A stretch of DNA of 64,000 nucleotides from NCBI GenBank assembly GCA_030264375.1, contig JASCQW010000132.1:57631729-57695728 (forward strand), read 5' to 3'. Position 1 is the stretch's first letter. Each line of letters opens with the position of its first letter. Positions 49,287 through 62,615 of this stretch are shown here, piece after piece. The notes under the pieces were generated by a model. The model was not told the DNA's origin. It did no database searches and saw only the letters and a program-made list of their open reading frames with translations. Both the position numbers and the translations under genes were made by a program. This DNA comes from Carcharhinus longimanus (taxonomy: Eukaryota).

Positions 49287-49399
49287 CTCCTCCAGTATCA
49301 AAGCTGGGAATGCCATGCAAAATGACAAAGTGCAGAAATAAGGGAGTGGTGTTCATTTTCACTGAACCGGACAGCAGGCCGTTTAAAAAATGGACATAC
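49287..49399 (-). CDS. TNS3: Tensin-3 exon ([37 protein letters not shown]), 113 nt, phase 2->1
   Basis: ccccttag|GTATGTCCAT...GGAGGAG|gtaata; PTP/C2 boundary of tensins. Confidence 0.96.
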
Positions 49400-51059
49400 C
49401 TAAGGGGAAGAACACATTGTAAAGTTAGTCTGACCTGCTGCGCTTATTATTTTCTTTAATCTTTCAAGTAACAAAAATGTGTGTACTTGGAATGCCATTT
49501 AATTAAGAGCTGAGAGGTGTACTGGGTAAGCAGTCACTACAGTTCCTTATACAAGGAAACTGAATGAATTATTGAGAGAACAGGTCCCTTTCCAGTCATA
49601 AAGGCTAGATAATTGGAATGAATCATGAGCAAATATTTTTCTTGAAATGTGTTTGTTTGGCTTAAGGAGTCAAAAAAGCAAATTTGGCATTTATCTTGCA
49701 TTAGCTACAATCCATTTTGTTCCTTTGCCTTTCCCAGGTAGGAAGTGAGAAGTTGGGTAAACAGTGCCTGAGGTTGCATCACTGCCTGTGTTGAGCCAAG
49801 TTCATAGGTTTGACAGTCTTTTCACATTCTCCTTTTGATACTTTTGTTCAATCTAAAACTACACACATTGATGCAAACCGATGTGCATCAGGATCTTTAT
49901 TTACTGCGTTAGAACAGAATAGTTCATTTCAATACAATCATACAAGAATTTTTCTGTCGTTTGTCAAAATTTAGTCTAACACGTGCTGGCTATAATTGAT
50001 CATTTCAGATGCCAGTAAGGAGTCCAATCTGTAACATGTGCTCGCTCAAGACATCCATTTTCTTCAAAAGCCAATTTCAAAAACCTGAGTTGATTGACAA
50101 TTTTGAGAGTCAAAGACTTTCAAGTGGTAACAGGCTACGTTACACTGTAGCAGAGTCCTAAAGATTTAACATGTTCTCAACAGATCCTTCTGTTTTCTCT
50201 TTAAGCTATGAAGTTTACTAGAAAACCACTGATTTGTTGCTTGGGTTCCAGCCAAAATATATTAAATACCTTTGTATGAATTAGGAGCAGGAGCAGGAGC
50301 AGGCCATTCAGCCCCTTGAGCATAGCCCACCATTCAATAGGATCATTAACGCACAAAAGCTCCAGCATTGCTAGAATGGGTATGGATGACCCAATTTAGG
50401 ATTTATGCCCCAATGACATAACTGTGACCCTTCACACAAGGAATGGTGATAAACTAAATGGAAATTGTTGAGGCTGATCCCAGAATGCCAAATCTCCCCA
50501 CATGGTCCATTGATCTTTGAAAGTTTTGTGATTGGTTTTGGTATTTCAGTTTCACAGATGCTTTGAGGTGCAGTAGCAACAAAGTTACAAATGGCTATAA
50601 AAAGACAAAGGTCTAAATATAAACTTGCACTATTAGCCAGCGAGTGATGATTACAATTTGGGGAATTTTAATTTACTGTAAATTGTAAACATGAATATGG
50701 TTTAACTTTGACATGAGGGAAACAGTCCTTGTAGTTTGATGCCTGGGTCAGGCAGGTTCAGAATATTCCAAAGCGCTATTGACGATCTACCTTCCAGGCT
50801 TGGTCACTGGTGGGATCTGAGACTGAGGCTCAGATCCTTCCAATACAGCTTCAGGTAAGTCTGAAGTCAGTCTAATATCAGACATGGCATTTCTAGGTGT
50901 GGAACAGCAGCTTCGCTAAAATGTTGCCTATTCTTGAAGCATCCGTACGGAAGAAAAACATTGCATCAATCTATTTTTTCCAGGCTTAAATAGTGAAACC
51001 AGTCCCCATAGACAACGGCTCTCCCAAATAAAAGTGTCATAACAACGTGAATAATGGAG

Positions 51060-51948
51060 TGATGTGTACGATTCTCTGCAATGCTCTGCATTGCAATCCT
51101 CCCACACTCAAGTCACTTCTTTGGAGAGTTGAGAGTTTTGTGCTGGTAGTGGGAGGTGGGGAGTGGGGCCGAAACGTTCTGGTGAGCCTGGCTTCCGATC
51201 GCTTGGGCACTGTTTTGCAAGGATGCCCTGATCGCAAGTGTGCATTGGGAGAACACCTCCATAAACACACGGACATCAAGATACTGCCCTCCCCCGCCCC
51301 ACTGGCGGTTGTATGTTCCAGCAGTCCCTTCTTGACATGGATCACCTGCAATGGGGCCCTCTAGTAGGCCCTCCTTCAGAACCCTCAACATGTCTCCCCA
51401 TCACAATCTGCCCCTACATGACCTACGCTCCCTAGATCACCCCAGTTATAGCCCCTACTCAGCCCTATACCCTCGACACTGCCCCTGGCACACTGGCAGT
51501 GCCCAAGGCCCAGTCTACCACCTGGCTGTCCAGTGGCTGCTCTCAGGCCCTGCCAGTGTGTCAGGTGGGCACTGCCTAATGGGCACCACCCAGCCGTGTT
51601 CCCTGACCACCAGGGGCTTCAGAGGCCTCCAAGCCCCACTTCGGCATGACCTTCATGCCAGGACACCACTGGTGGAGACCAGCAGTGATTCTTGCCATTA
51701 TCACAACACGCCCTAAAGCTAGTGAATTCCATGCGTAGGGATTTGAATGGGCTGTGTATATTTAAATATTACATTAAATATGCTAATCAGACTTGCATCC
51801 TTTTGGGTGCAATCCAGTTCATGCCATTAGTAATGAACCAGGAGGTTTGCAAACTGTTTGGTGTCGGGTATGAATTTTTAGGCCCACGCGCTGCTCTCCA
51901 GGACTGGTGCAATCTACTAATAGCACGGTGAGGTCAGAGAATCCCCAC
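51060..51948. mobile_element. Non-autonomous DNA transposon (Harbinger-type)
   Basis: GATTCTCTG left and CAGAGAATCCCCAC right inverted termini; GC-rich interior. Confidence 0.55.
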
Positions 51949-52209
51949 TTACTCAGTATCTAGTTAAAGTAAACCCAAATTAACATGAATTTCTCAGCAA
52001 CTTATTTTTGAAATTCAAACATGGTGATGAGTTTTTGTTCATGCTAAAAACAGCTTACGTTTTCCAGGCCCATCATGTTAGTTACCTGGCAGACCAGGAA
52101 TAAATGTGGCTAGAAATGTACTTGGCAAACAGCTCAAGAAGGTGGGCCTAGCAGCATGAAGTATTGTGAGCAGACAGATATGTATTAAATTCAGGAAAGC
52201 TTCCTCTCT

Positions 52210-52232
52210 GTGGTGGTGGTGGTGGTGGTGAT
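52210..52232. repeat. (TGG)n microsatellite
   Basis: gtggtggtggtggtggtggtgat; accounts for the poly-H/P/T in spurious ORFs. Confidence 0.9.
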
Positions 52233-53029
52233 GGGAGGGCGGGATGTTCTTCCCCCTTTGCCCAATATTTCGGCAAGTGTTTCCAACACACAGTGTGTGT
52301 GCGCAAAGATGCAAGCATCACCCACAAATGGCCTGGACATGTAGTCATCAGGGCCTAATGGGGAGTTTTGCATCTTTTAGTGATCCACCTGTACTGTCAC
52401 AGGCCTTTGAAGACTAGTTTGGTGTATTGCCCGAACATAAGCCAGGGTGCCCACCTTCAACACATGAATAGCCCAGGTTTGGAAAGCTGGCGGAAAGTCA
52501 GTGGGAAACGTTAGCGAGACACTGGTCCTGCCAAACCAGACATCTGCTCCAATCAGAAGTCTGGGTCGGAAATGTTTTTCCTACATACAATCTTAAAAGT
52601 ATAAAAAAAACCTGCATTGTAAAATATTATGTCTATTACAGAGTAGAAATTTAGATGTATAATCATAATATATCTGCATACAGAACAAAATAAACAATAT
52701 TCTAGATTTATGCTGGTATAGAAATGTCATGATAATCTTCAAAGAGTCAAATTTTCCTCATAAGCTAGGGCACAATGCTAAGACTACTGTTCTCTGATGT
52801 ACTGCCAAAACAAATTATCCTTTGAAGTCCTTGCTGGACTGGGCATAGACTTTTCATGTACTAGTTAGTTAGCAAAGGTAAATTATAAGATCCAATCAAA
52901 GGGTGATGCCATTTTCCTCAGAATAGTGCTAAATAGTTATCCTTACATTATAAAACTGTCCGTAAACTTCCAGAGCACAATTTCAGCCAGAGTCAATATA
53001 AACATTACTTTAAAATATGCAGAGGTACT

Positions 53030-53260
53030 GATAGGTGCAAAGGCCCTTCAACCTAGTTTCAAATTCTGATTACATTACTGGAGTCTCCTAGCTACATTGC
53101 TTTTGTGTGAATTGAGTTTGATAGTTTCAACAGTCTTGAGTAGGTAAACAGCACATCACAAAGCTGCTCTACATGATAATAAATTAGCTTCCTCACTTAG
53201 AGAAGCTAACAAATGGTAAGTGTGGGAAATTTTTAAAAAAAGCAGTTCCTGATTTTGCTC
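53030..53260 (+). mobile_element. LF-SINE-like relic (second copy)
   Basis: GGCCCTTCAACCT..TTCAAATTC head; TGTGTGAATTGAGTTTGATAGTTTCAACAGT...CACATCACAAAGC. Confidence 0.4.
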
Positions 53261-53346
53261 TCTTGAGGTTTGGGTGCACTGCTTGAAACTGGCTCTAAGT
53301 GTCTGAAATATTAACTATCCGTTCCCCAGCATCTTAATTATTACAA

Positions 53347-53690
53347 GGGGGAGGCCATCGCAATTAATCCAGAAACTCAGCTAATGTTCTGGGGATCCGG
53401 GTTCAAATCCCATCATGGCAGCTGGTGGAATTTGAATTCAATAAAAAAATCTGGAATTAAGAATCTACTGATGATCATGAAACCATTGTCAATTGTCAGC
53501 AAAACCCATCTGGTTCCTTTAGGGAAGGAAATCTGCTATCCTTACCTGGTCTGGCCTGCATGTGGCTCCAGAGCCGCAGCAATGTGGTTGACCTTCAACT
53601 GCCCTCTGAAACAGCCTAGCAAGCCACTCAGTTCAAGGGCAATTAGGAATGGGCACTAAATGCTGGCCCACATCCCATCAGCAAATAAAG
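53347..53690 (+). mobile_element. tRNA-derived SINE family B
   Basis: GGGTTCAAATCCC B box; same core and tail as 38675. Confidence 0.88.
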
Positions 53691-54302
53691 CAAAAATACT
53701 GTACTCTGAACAGTTAAACTAAATAGGACTTTCTTATTAATAGCCAAAGTATTATCTTCACGTTTATATTACAGAACAAAGTGAATAGTTCTTTAAATGA
53801 AATTTAAATTATGGAACCTGTCAAGCTATATTAAGGGGTGGATTCAACAACTCCCAATACATGTACAATATTCCAACTATATCAATGTCACAAACTTAGA
53901 TTTACTTCTGACAAAATTGGCACGCTGGTGATAGCAACTGTGCCGTAATATATGAGGTCACTTAAGTAATCCTGGCAGCACTTAATTTAGTGCTACAGCA
54001 AAACAGTATACTTCCCAGTTCTAAGCATGGGAATGTTTAAGAAGTTTCACTTCCAAATTCCAGGTGGGTCTGAAATGGCCCAGTGGGATAGCTATCCATT
54101 CAAGACAATCAACTTCAAAGATGCAAAGGAGCCCTTTATCAAGGTAAACATGCTTCTTTAAATAGTCACTTATTGACTGCTTATTTATTCATTTGATTCA
54201 ACACAAGGATGCATTTAAAAATGGCCTCCACAGTAGTGATTGGCTGGGCATGCTAAACTTAAAACAGAGGTAACAACCTGATGTCCAAACAGGGAGCTTC
54301 TC

Positions 54303-54435
54303 ATCTGACAAAGGGTCAGCTGAACTCGAAACATCAGTTCTTTTTTCTCCTTACAGATATTGCCAGACCCTCTGAGATTTTCCAGCATTTTCTCTTTTGG
54401 TTTCAGATTCCAGCAGCTGCAGTAATTTGCTTTTT
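54303..54435 (+). mobile_element. Penelope-derived short repeat
   Basis: CTGACAAAGGGTCAGCTGAACTCGAAAC...TACAGATATTGCCAGACC...CCAGCATTTTC. Confidence 0.6.
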
Positions 54436-55730
54436 CCCAGCTTCTTATTCATACTCATCAAATTGAAACACAGATTCAAACACAACTGATATTTTAAAAA
54501 TATAAAATGCAAACTGAAATCTCATTGCTCAACAGCAGGTTCCAGATTTGATTCTCTATCCATACCGAGGAGATTGGTCTTGGGTGTGGTAACAACACGA
54601 GTGTTACAACTGCCTTCATTAATTTAGCATGTGCGGGGAAACATAAGACTATCCCCAGACTGCTGGACAGCACGCTCCGGTAGAATATCCAGAATCAAAT
54701 TCAATTGTGATGTTACGTTCTCCCCATCAACCACAGCTGAACACGCTTCCAACATTAACTTGTTAAGTTGGACCTAGAATCATTCAGGTGAACTGTGAAG
54801 GGCTGATAATGCCAATGGAACTGTACCTCAGCGTCAATGTTTCGATAGGTGATAAAAAAAATTTGAAAATCACGGGACAGAAAATACTTTCAAACAAGAC
54901 AAGGTAAGGTTTTCCGGGATTTGCTTTTTAACCATTGCATTTAGCAAGTTTGTTTAACTGCTTTTTGTTAAATAAAGAACCTCTGTAATTATCGCACGTA
55001 GATCAACAGTGTTGATGCTACATCACGATTTCAATTTGACTGTATTTCAGTGATTTGTTTTTTCTAATAATAAGTTTCATTTAACAAGTGTTCTATTAGA
55101 TGAATGTGTTAATTTCAATTAGCCCACTTCAGCACTATAGATTCTAAGCAGTCTACGTAATGGACTGCAGATCAAACTTGGGATGGTGTGCATAGAATCA
55201 TAAAATCCTACTGAGCAGAAGGTGCATGGCTCAAACTCATGCCTCCAAGTCGTTGTGACAGCCCTAACATTTTTAACATTCATTTCCTTCAGAGAGAATT
55301 AAAACAAGCAGGAAGAGAACAGGAACAGTCCTCCAGAGTTCATTTCAGCCGCCTCTCATCACTCTCCAGATGTGTGCACAACTGCTATATATTGAAAACA
55401 CACTTAATGGGGAACAGGGGAAAACAAAAATGTTAATGTATTTTAACAAAATTCAATGCCAACTCTTTATAGAACAACTGTAACGACTTTGAATTCTTCT
55501 CTCTTTATGATTAAGATGCTGGCTGCTTGATTTTCTGATCCTGCCTGCTTGATTTTCTACAGCCTTAAATTCTACTCCAGGCCAAGGGGACGCAAAGTTT
55601 GTTCTTCACCTCCACTTAAAAATTTTCTAGAGAACACTGAAGTAACGGTTGAAAGCTCTGACGACAGGATAACTATTAATTGTAAATAAAAACTCAACAA
55701 GGATCAAATGAAACAAGTGCACACACTTAC

Positions 55731-55814
55731 CGCTTTTGTGAAGGCTGCATTAAGGCAGAAACTTTATCATCATAGAACTTCTTCATAGCAAACCTGTCGA
55801 GAGCTTGATCAGCA
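55731..55814 (-). CDS. TNS3: Tensin-3 exon ([28 protein letters not shown]), 84 nt, phase 2->2
   Basis: ttgttacag|TGCTGATCAA...CAAAAGCG|gtaagt; tensin PTP-domain C-terminal motif QPSQKRY. Confidence 0.96.
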
Positions 55815-56248
55815 CTGTAACAATAAAAGGTTCAGAGAGTGATGGCTGAATAATCAGCAGCTGACAACACAAGGCAAAATGAATACTGAAGAGGCGAAAC
55901 AGTAAGAAAGTCAGGAGGAACTGCTGTTCAGATGGGTGGCAGTAAAATGGAGCCATTTGTAATGTTCTAGTCCTGAAGTGGCACAGGTGGACCTAGATAT
56001 AGAATAGATCATTTGCCTGTCAACTCTTTTAGTTGATATCCATTGTGCAGCATCAGGTAGGGACAAAGGGAGGAAACCTTGAAAATAAGATGAGGTGAAA
56101 TAAGGGAGTGTTAACTTAGTGAGTTTTGCAAGCAAGCTTTGCATTTGCATCCCAATGGTTCAGATGGGAATGAAAGCGAGCCTTTGAAATTATAAAGACT
56201 GTACAAACTGTAGAAAACTAAGAGCACTGTTCAGTTTGGGTTTGTTAC

Positions 56249-56313
56249 CTTGCCGAAATGTTGGTGAAGTGCATGTACGATGAAATAACCACTCCTATTC
56301 TGCCTTTTCCTCC
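56249..56313 (-). CDS. TNS3: Tensin-3 exon, PTP-like domain (GGKGRIGVVISSYMHFTNISA/S), 65 nt, phase 0->2
   Basis: Minus strand tttctag|GGAGGAAAAGGC...TCGGCAAG|gtaaca; second half of the tensin C-x5-R loop. Confidence 0.95.
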
Positions 56314-57929
56314 CTAGAAAAAAGAAATTTCGCAAGTGAAACAGTTTCTGATTAACTCCAAAAGGAAGGCCGTAAAACAAGATGCGCAAGCTATTTCCAT
56401 CATTTGTCACAGTGATATCTGTAAGAGTAAAGGAGCATGTACAATACCAAGCTGGGAGATCTTGTTTACCCTCGTTCAATTGTGGGTGGAAAGTTTCTCA
56501 ACTTAAAGTGTCTTTTGCAACTAGATGATGATTAAAAGCAACAGTCTACATCGTCATTACAATGATCGTTATTGAGTGAGGATTAAGCGAGCACTGAAAA
56601 CTAATTTTATCAAATGAATAGATAATTTCCCAGGAAAATTAATGCCCTACCATAAGATGCATTGCTAAATTATAGTTGACTTTGTTATTTAAGATCGTAA
56701 TTATATAGAGGTTTTATGCTACGTGTCCAACTGCTGGTTTGCAAACTGATTGAAATGAATAAACTAGACATGAAAGTATTCGCATAACTAAACAGCATTA
56801 AATGCTATCTGATTTTAACAGGACGGAACATCCAAAGCTTTCAGTCAAAGCAAAGAACTCCCACTTTAACACAATTAGACCATGACTCTATATTCTGGGA
56901 AACTGCACCATTTCCACCCAGTTCATGAGATGCTCATGAGACTTTGCTTCAGATCTTTTATTCAGCTTCTGGTATTTTATATGAGTCAGACTTTACATAC
57001 TTGTCAACTTTCCTTCCTTGTTATTTCAGATTGAAAACTCAATCAAAGCCAGGAGATGGACGTCTTGCACTAGCTTGTCTGCTCTAAGGTCTGGGCCTTT
57101 CTCGGCAGAGAGCACTAAGGATGGTGATACTTCATTGAAATGGCCAATCGTCATGTGTGAACTGAGACAACAGGTTATTTGACCAGGATGTCATCACACC
57201 TGACTCCAAATTTCAGTATTCAAATCCAATAGGGACTAATATCAAAGATGGAACTGAAAGCTAATTACCATTCTTCCCTTCCTCAACTGAAGTATTGAAG
57301 CAACTGAAATCCAGTATCATCAGCTGAGTACTAACTACTAGGCGAGCAGGGAAACACTTCTTCAAATTTTTGGATGAATCCACTGTATACAGCGGGACTG
57401 TCCAATCTCAGATGCCCCACCACTACTGTGAGCGAGAACGGAGGATTTGGCACTCAGCCAAAATTTTGCTCACTGCAGCAGAACTAGAGACTCCTATCCG
57501 CAGATAAGTTAGGAGATCTCTGGCTATGGTTTCTTCCAAATGGAATGCTTCAATATAAAATGCAGAAATAAATATATAGTTAGCCCAGCTCTCCCATTTA
57601 AAGCTTTTAACAAAACGTTTACTGCACAACTATCTGCAAAAATAACCTCAAGAAAAGCAGCACACTTGGAAGTGTTATTATTTTAGAGAAAGCATGTTTC
57701 TCCTTAAAGTTATATCGCATTATTTGAAATTGCACATCAAATTGATAACCTGCCAAAGTGTTAAATCCATGCATAATTAAGAAAAAAAATCATTAGCATC
57801 ACAGTGATCAGTACTCTAGCTAATCTAGTCATTCACACATGGACAGGTCAAACAGATTCAGTGCCTTGTTTTCATTCAGCCACAGCTTGATCCAGAGATA
57901 ATACATCTGGTGATATTAGATCTATTTTG

Positions 57930-58490
57930 TAGATGGTAGACACCTCCTAACTGCCCAATACCTCTCACTATCTAGAAGATACAGCTCTGGAGTACGATAG
58001 AATACTCTCCATTTGTCTGCATGAATGCAGCTCCAACAACACTTAAAAAGCTCGATACTATCCAGGAAAAGCAGCCTGCTTGATTGGCACCCCAACCATC
58101 GCCATAAACATTCACTCCCTCCACCACCAACACATAGTGGCAGCAGTGTGCACCAACTACAAGATACACTGCAGCAACTCACCAAGGCTCCCTCATCAGC
58201 ATCATCCAACCCCATGACCTCGACTGCCTAGAAGACAGGGACAGCAGATGCATAGAAACATCACCACCTGCAAGATCCCCTCCAATCCACACACCAATCT
58301 AGCCAAGAACTATATTGCTGTTCCTTCACTGTTACTGAGTCAAAATCCTGCAACTTCCTTCTGAACAGCCCTATGGGTATGGTTACACCACATGGACTGC
58401 AATAGTTCAATAAGGCAGCACACCCTGACCCTGATGGTCAAAAAATGCTACCTAGCCAGTGACACACACATTCCATGAACAAATAAAAAA
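57930..58490 (+). mobile_element. LINE 3' fragment (same family as 21520 and 40857)
   Basis: GAATACTCTCC...CAGCTCCAACAACACTTAAAAAGCTCGATACTATCCAGG; tail CTAGCCAGTGACAC...CCATGAACAAATAAAAAA. Confidence 0.85.
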
Positions 58491-59124
58491 GACTAACCCA
58501 GAGTGAAAAGAAGGTGGCACAGAACCTCACTGGATTAAGAAGCTACTCACCTAATGTTGATTCAGCTCCTTCTCATGGTTTAAATGCCTTAAATTGCATG
58601 ACTACTCCCAACAAAGCAAATATTCTCCAACTCTAATTCAAATCTATTATTATTGAAATATGTTATAAACAAAACATCTCTTTGCAAATTAATTAAGCAT
58701 TTCCTCCCAATTCTAATATTTCCAACATGGATTTGTGCTTTTCTGGAGCACACATATCTAAAGGCGCAGTATTTTCAAAATGATAAAGGGCAAGAATGAG
58801 CTAATAAAACTTCCCAATCAAACAAAATAGCATAAACATTGTTCAAACTTTTGAGTCGGCAAGCCCTAACACCCAGTCTTAGCCAGGTGCGAGATATCTC
58901 AGCTCAATTGTTCAGAAATCTGAGGCACGTTGCCAAATCTCTCCTTGCTGAATGGACATGATCTATGCACGTTGCTCTATAAAACGCAATGACAGTAGGA
59001 GTTATTGTAAGAAGACAGTCTTGCATTCCAGGAACAGATGATCCATCATCACAGTGTTTGCCTAGTTCCTTATGTGCATGAACAGAATCCCCATTCAATG
59101 CAACTTAAATATTATATCAAAGAA

Positions 59125-59480
59125 GGTAGAGGCATAGTGGTATTGTCATTGGCCGAGTAATTCAAAGGCCCAGGGTAATGCTTGGGGGATTCAGGTTTGA
59201 ATCCCACCACAGCAGATGGTGAAATATGAATTCACTAAAAATCAAAATTCAATAAAAATCTGGAATTAAACATCTAATGACCATGAAATCATTGGCGATT
59301 GTCATGAAAACCCATCTGGTTCACAAATGTCCTTTAGGAAAGGAAATCTGCCATCCTTACCTGGTCTGGCCTACATGTGACTCCAGGCCCACAACAATGT
59401 GATTGACTCTTAAATGCCTTTAGGGGTGGACAATAAATGCTGGTCAAGCCAGCGATGCCCACATGGCATGAAGGAATAAA
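59125..59480 (+). mobile_element. tRNA-derived SINE family B
   Basis: GGCATAGTGG A box, GGTTTGAATCCC B box, core and tail as 38675. Confidence 0.88.
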
Positions 59481-61011
59481 GTAAATAGCCAATTATTTTG
59501 TTTTCCATCTTATCAAGTAACTATTCAATGCAAATAGTTTATTGTCTCAGAAACTGATATTGAAGATGCATAAACATACGGAAGGCAGCGATGGGGGATT
59601 CTCTGGGGCCTGAAGACTTTTATGTCATATTAAAAAAAAAACAATGGGCAGTATCACTCACTATTTCTCCGTCACACGTACTGTGATGGTGGGATAACTG
59701 AAAGAGAGGTCTGGGGAAGAAAGTAAAAGGAATAAACTGACTCTTACTTTGTACTGTAACAGCCTTCAGTACATGTTGGTCAAATTGCTATTCTTCCTAT
59801 GTCAGCCTTTACTATGATGTTTCAGTAGATTATTCAGCTTTGAGACAAGGCAATGAAACTTAGCTGTACCCTCACTGAACATGAACATGTTTTCAAGGAG
59901 AAGCCAGAAAATCATAATCCAGTTGTTCTTTCACTCTTGCATTAACAGAGATACTGTAGTTGATATGGTAGCACTCCAATTGCTATTGAAACCAAACTAG
60001 AACTTTTCTATTTAATGCTATGTATTAATGAAGCAACAAATCTTCAGATCTATACTTCTGCACAATTCATTCCTCATGTGCGCAAATTACAAACTTTGTA
60101 GGTGCTGAAGAAAATAAGGAATAATAGCATGAAGTACGCAAATTGTGATTTCATATATTTTGCTTTAATTGGGCACAAAAGGCACTATATGCTAACTTTA
60201 AATGGAGATCGAACACACCAAGGACTAGATATAGCCACAGTACTACTTATAACTTATGTTCCATACACTGCCTTCGTCAGCCTACCACTTAGCCAAATGT
60301 GTCACATTTAACTGTACTCCAGCTTCCAACTTTAGTGAGGTCTCAGAGGGGTTAAATTTTAAATCAGACTGCCTAATTACTTTCCTCAGAAGTCCAGGCA
60401 TTGACAAAAATCAGTTACAACTTCCAAAAGAGTAGAGGAGATTGCAAACAAATTATCGCAGTGTTCCCATGAAAGCCAGCACAAAAGAGAGAATAGTTTG
60501 CTGTAGCAGACAATAGAACAGGAAATGGAACATTATTCCCAAGATGAATACAACAATTCCACATTCTTGAAAGATTGCACCTCTTGAATCTCACTGACTT
60601 AGAAATCTAAGACTTGCCCCACGAGTCCGTTCTCAATTCTCGCTTTCAGTACAGCATTCCACCAAATATCAGATGATTTACATTGTATCCCTATTCTCCC
60701 AAAGCTTTTTATATGTTGTGCACCAGCAATTAATTTAAAAATTGCTCACAAACTAATTAGAATACAGCTGGAATCATGCAGAAGTTACCTTTTATGATGC
60801 CTACAAGTCTTTCCCAAATATTAACTTGAACACATGACACGAACATTTTGTTACAAGTCCTGTGGGTGATCAGTATTCTTAACAGAGCTTTCCTTTGGAG
60901 ATGCTTAATCACCCTTGTTGCCTGTTCTGCGGTTTCATGTTCATGATTCTAGGACACTTAATTCTACCAGTGCCACGTACAATCAAAAGTACACAAAGTT
61001 TTATGACATCT

Positions 61012-61221
61012 TTCTGTGTCTGCATGGGTTTCCTCTGGGTGCTCCGGTTTTGTCCCACAGTCTAAATATGTTCTGCTTAGATGGATTGGCTGTGCTAAGT
61101 CGTCCCTTAGGGGGACTAGCTAGGGTAAATGCATGGGGATAGGGCCTGAATGGGATTGTGGTTGGTTCAGACTTGATGGGCCAAATGGCCTCCTTCTGCA
61201 CTGTAGGATTCTCTGATTCTC
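61012..61221 (+). mobile_element. 5'-truncated HE1/V-SINE, CR1-type tail
   Basis: V-domain GGGTTTCCTCTGGGTGCTCCGGTTT and tail AATGGCCTCCTTCTGCACTGTAGGATTCT. Confidence 0.85.
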
Positions 61222-61272
61222 AACCTTTCCCTGCATCTGTACTTGCTCCAAAGCTGCTACATTTCTTTTCCC

Positions 61273-61405
61273 ATTTGAAGAAAGTCATGGACCTGAAACA
61301 TTAACTCACTTGATGCCCCCAACAGACACTGCTGACCCTGCTGAGCATGTCCAGCACTTTCTGTTTGTATTTCGGATTTTCAGCATCTCCAGTATTTACT
61401 TTCGC
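61273..61405 (+). mobile_element. Penelope-derived short repeat
   Basis: TTGAAGAAAGTCATGGACCTGAAACATTAACTC...CTGCTGAGCATGTCCAGCACTTTCTG. Confidence 0.6.
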
Positions 61406-62615
61406 ATTAGTGTTATTTACTGTGGTGGATCTGCAGCTCCAGTTCAAGGGTAAACTATGAGGTACTGACATATAGTGACTGATTGGTGTGCGAGTAGGAG
61501 AGGATCATATGACTCTTGCACAGCTGCCAGGAGAAATCTTATAAATTGATTTCCTGACAGTATTCCCTTTATTTATCTATCTCATTGCATGATAAAAGGA
61601 GAATAATGAAGAAATTATCTTTGCTTTAACGATTAGAAAAATGGTAAGTAATGAACAAACAAGTTTGAAACTTAGGATTTAATATCTTACGATAAAAGTT
61701 AAATTTAGGCGAGTTGAACCCACAAGAAAGAACATTTTGACCTTTATTTGGTAGGTCATTCTACTCCATTGAATACTCTTTTAATTTCAAAAACTGTACA
61801 AACAAGATGCTTTGCCAGGTGCCCTAAGCCACGTGAAGTGGCCACATTCATACAGCCATATTCGGTCTCCAGCTGTGCTATCAAATATATTATATAATGA
61901 AATTTCCACAGCACTTTGACACGTTAAAAAAAGAATACCAGTCTGTAATGAGCCAGAATTCTTTGGAGAGTTTAATAGCCACACCCTACAGATTTGAAAA
62001 GTGCAGAGCACATGACAGGTGTTGGAAATCAAGGCCTCGAGCTGCTTGGCAAATGAACATTTTGAAGACTTGAGGTTGCCAGATTTTTGTTCAGTAAGGT
62101 TATGAAAGCAGGATGGAACAGATATTTATATCATGCATGATCTAATGTCATGGTGGAATCGGCTCAATGGCATGAATGGCCTACTCCTGTTATGTTTCTA
62201 TTTCCTACATAATACTGCAAATGAGAATCCGATGGAAAAATGTAATTGCAACTAAATTTCTCATATGAAACACTCTAAAGCTGATTTGTTTGTGAATGAA
62301 TGAGAAATGACTCTCCCAATGCCCTGTCGCATAGAGGCAATCCATAATGTTGCACCAAACCAGACTAGAAAGTTTCAGGCTTACTTCTTAGCCTGCTTCC
62401 AGTTGGCAGAGTTTAACTGGTGGTTGTCATAAGATTGTTACAGCTGATATCTCTGGGCAAATGCTGAATGGGGAGCGAAGGGGGAATTCAAATTGTCAAC
62501 AAATATCCCAATAGGAAAAGCACGTGTACATATAATGTAAGGAGTGAATAAAGCTTGCCTTTGATGCCTGTTATGTCGAAAAATGCAACAACATTCACTG
62601 AATGGGCTTGTACAT

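Noticed and set aside
52078-52373. Poly-His/Pro/Thr ORFs
   Set aside because: Produced by a (TGG)n microsatellite
55520-55560. Short tandem duplication CTGCTTGATTTTCT x2
   Set aside because: Ordinary slippage duplication in intron; no functional indication
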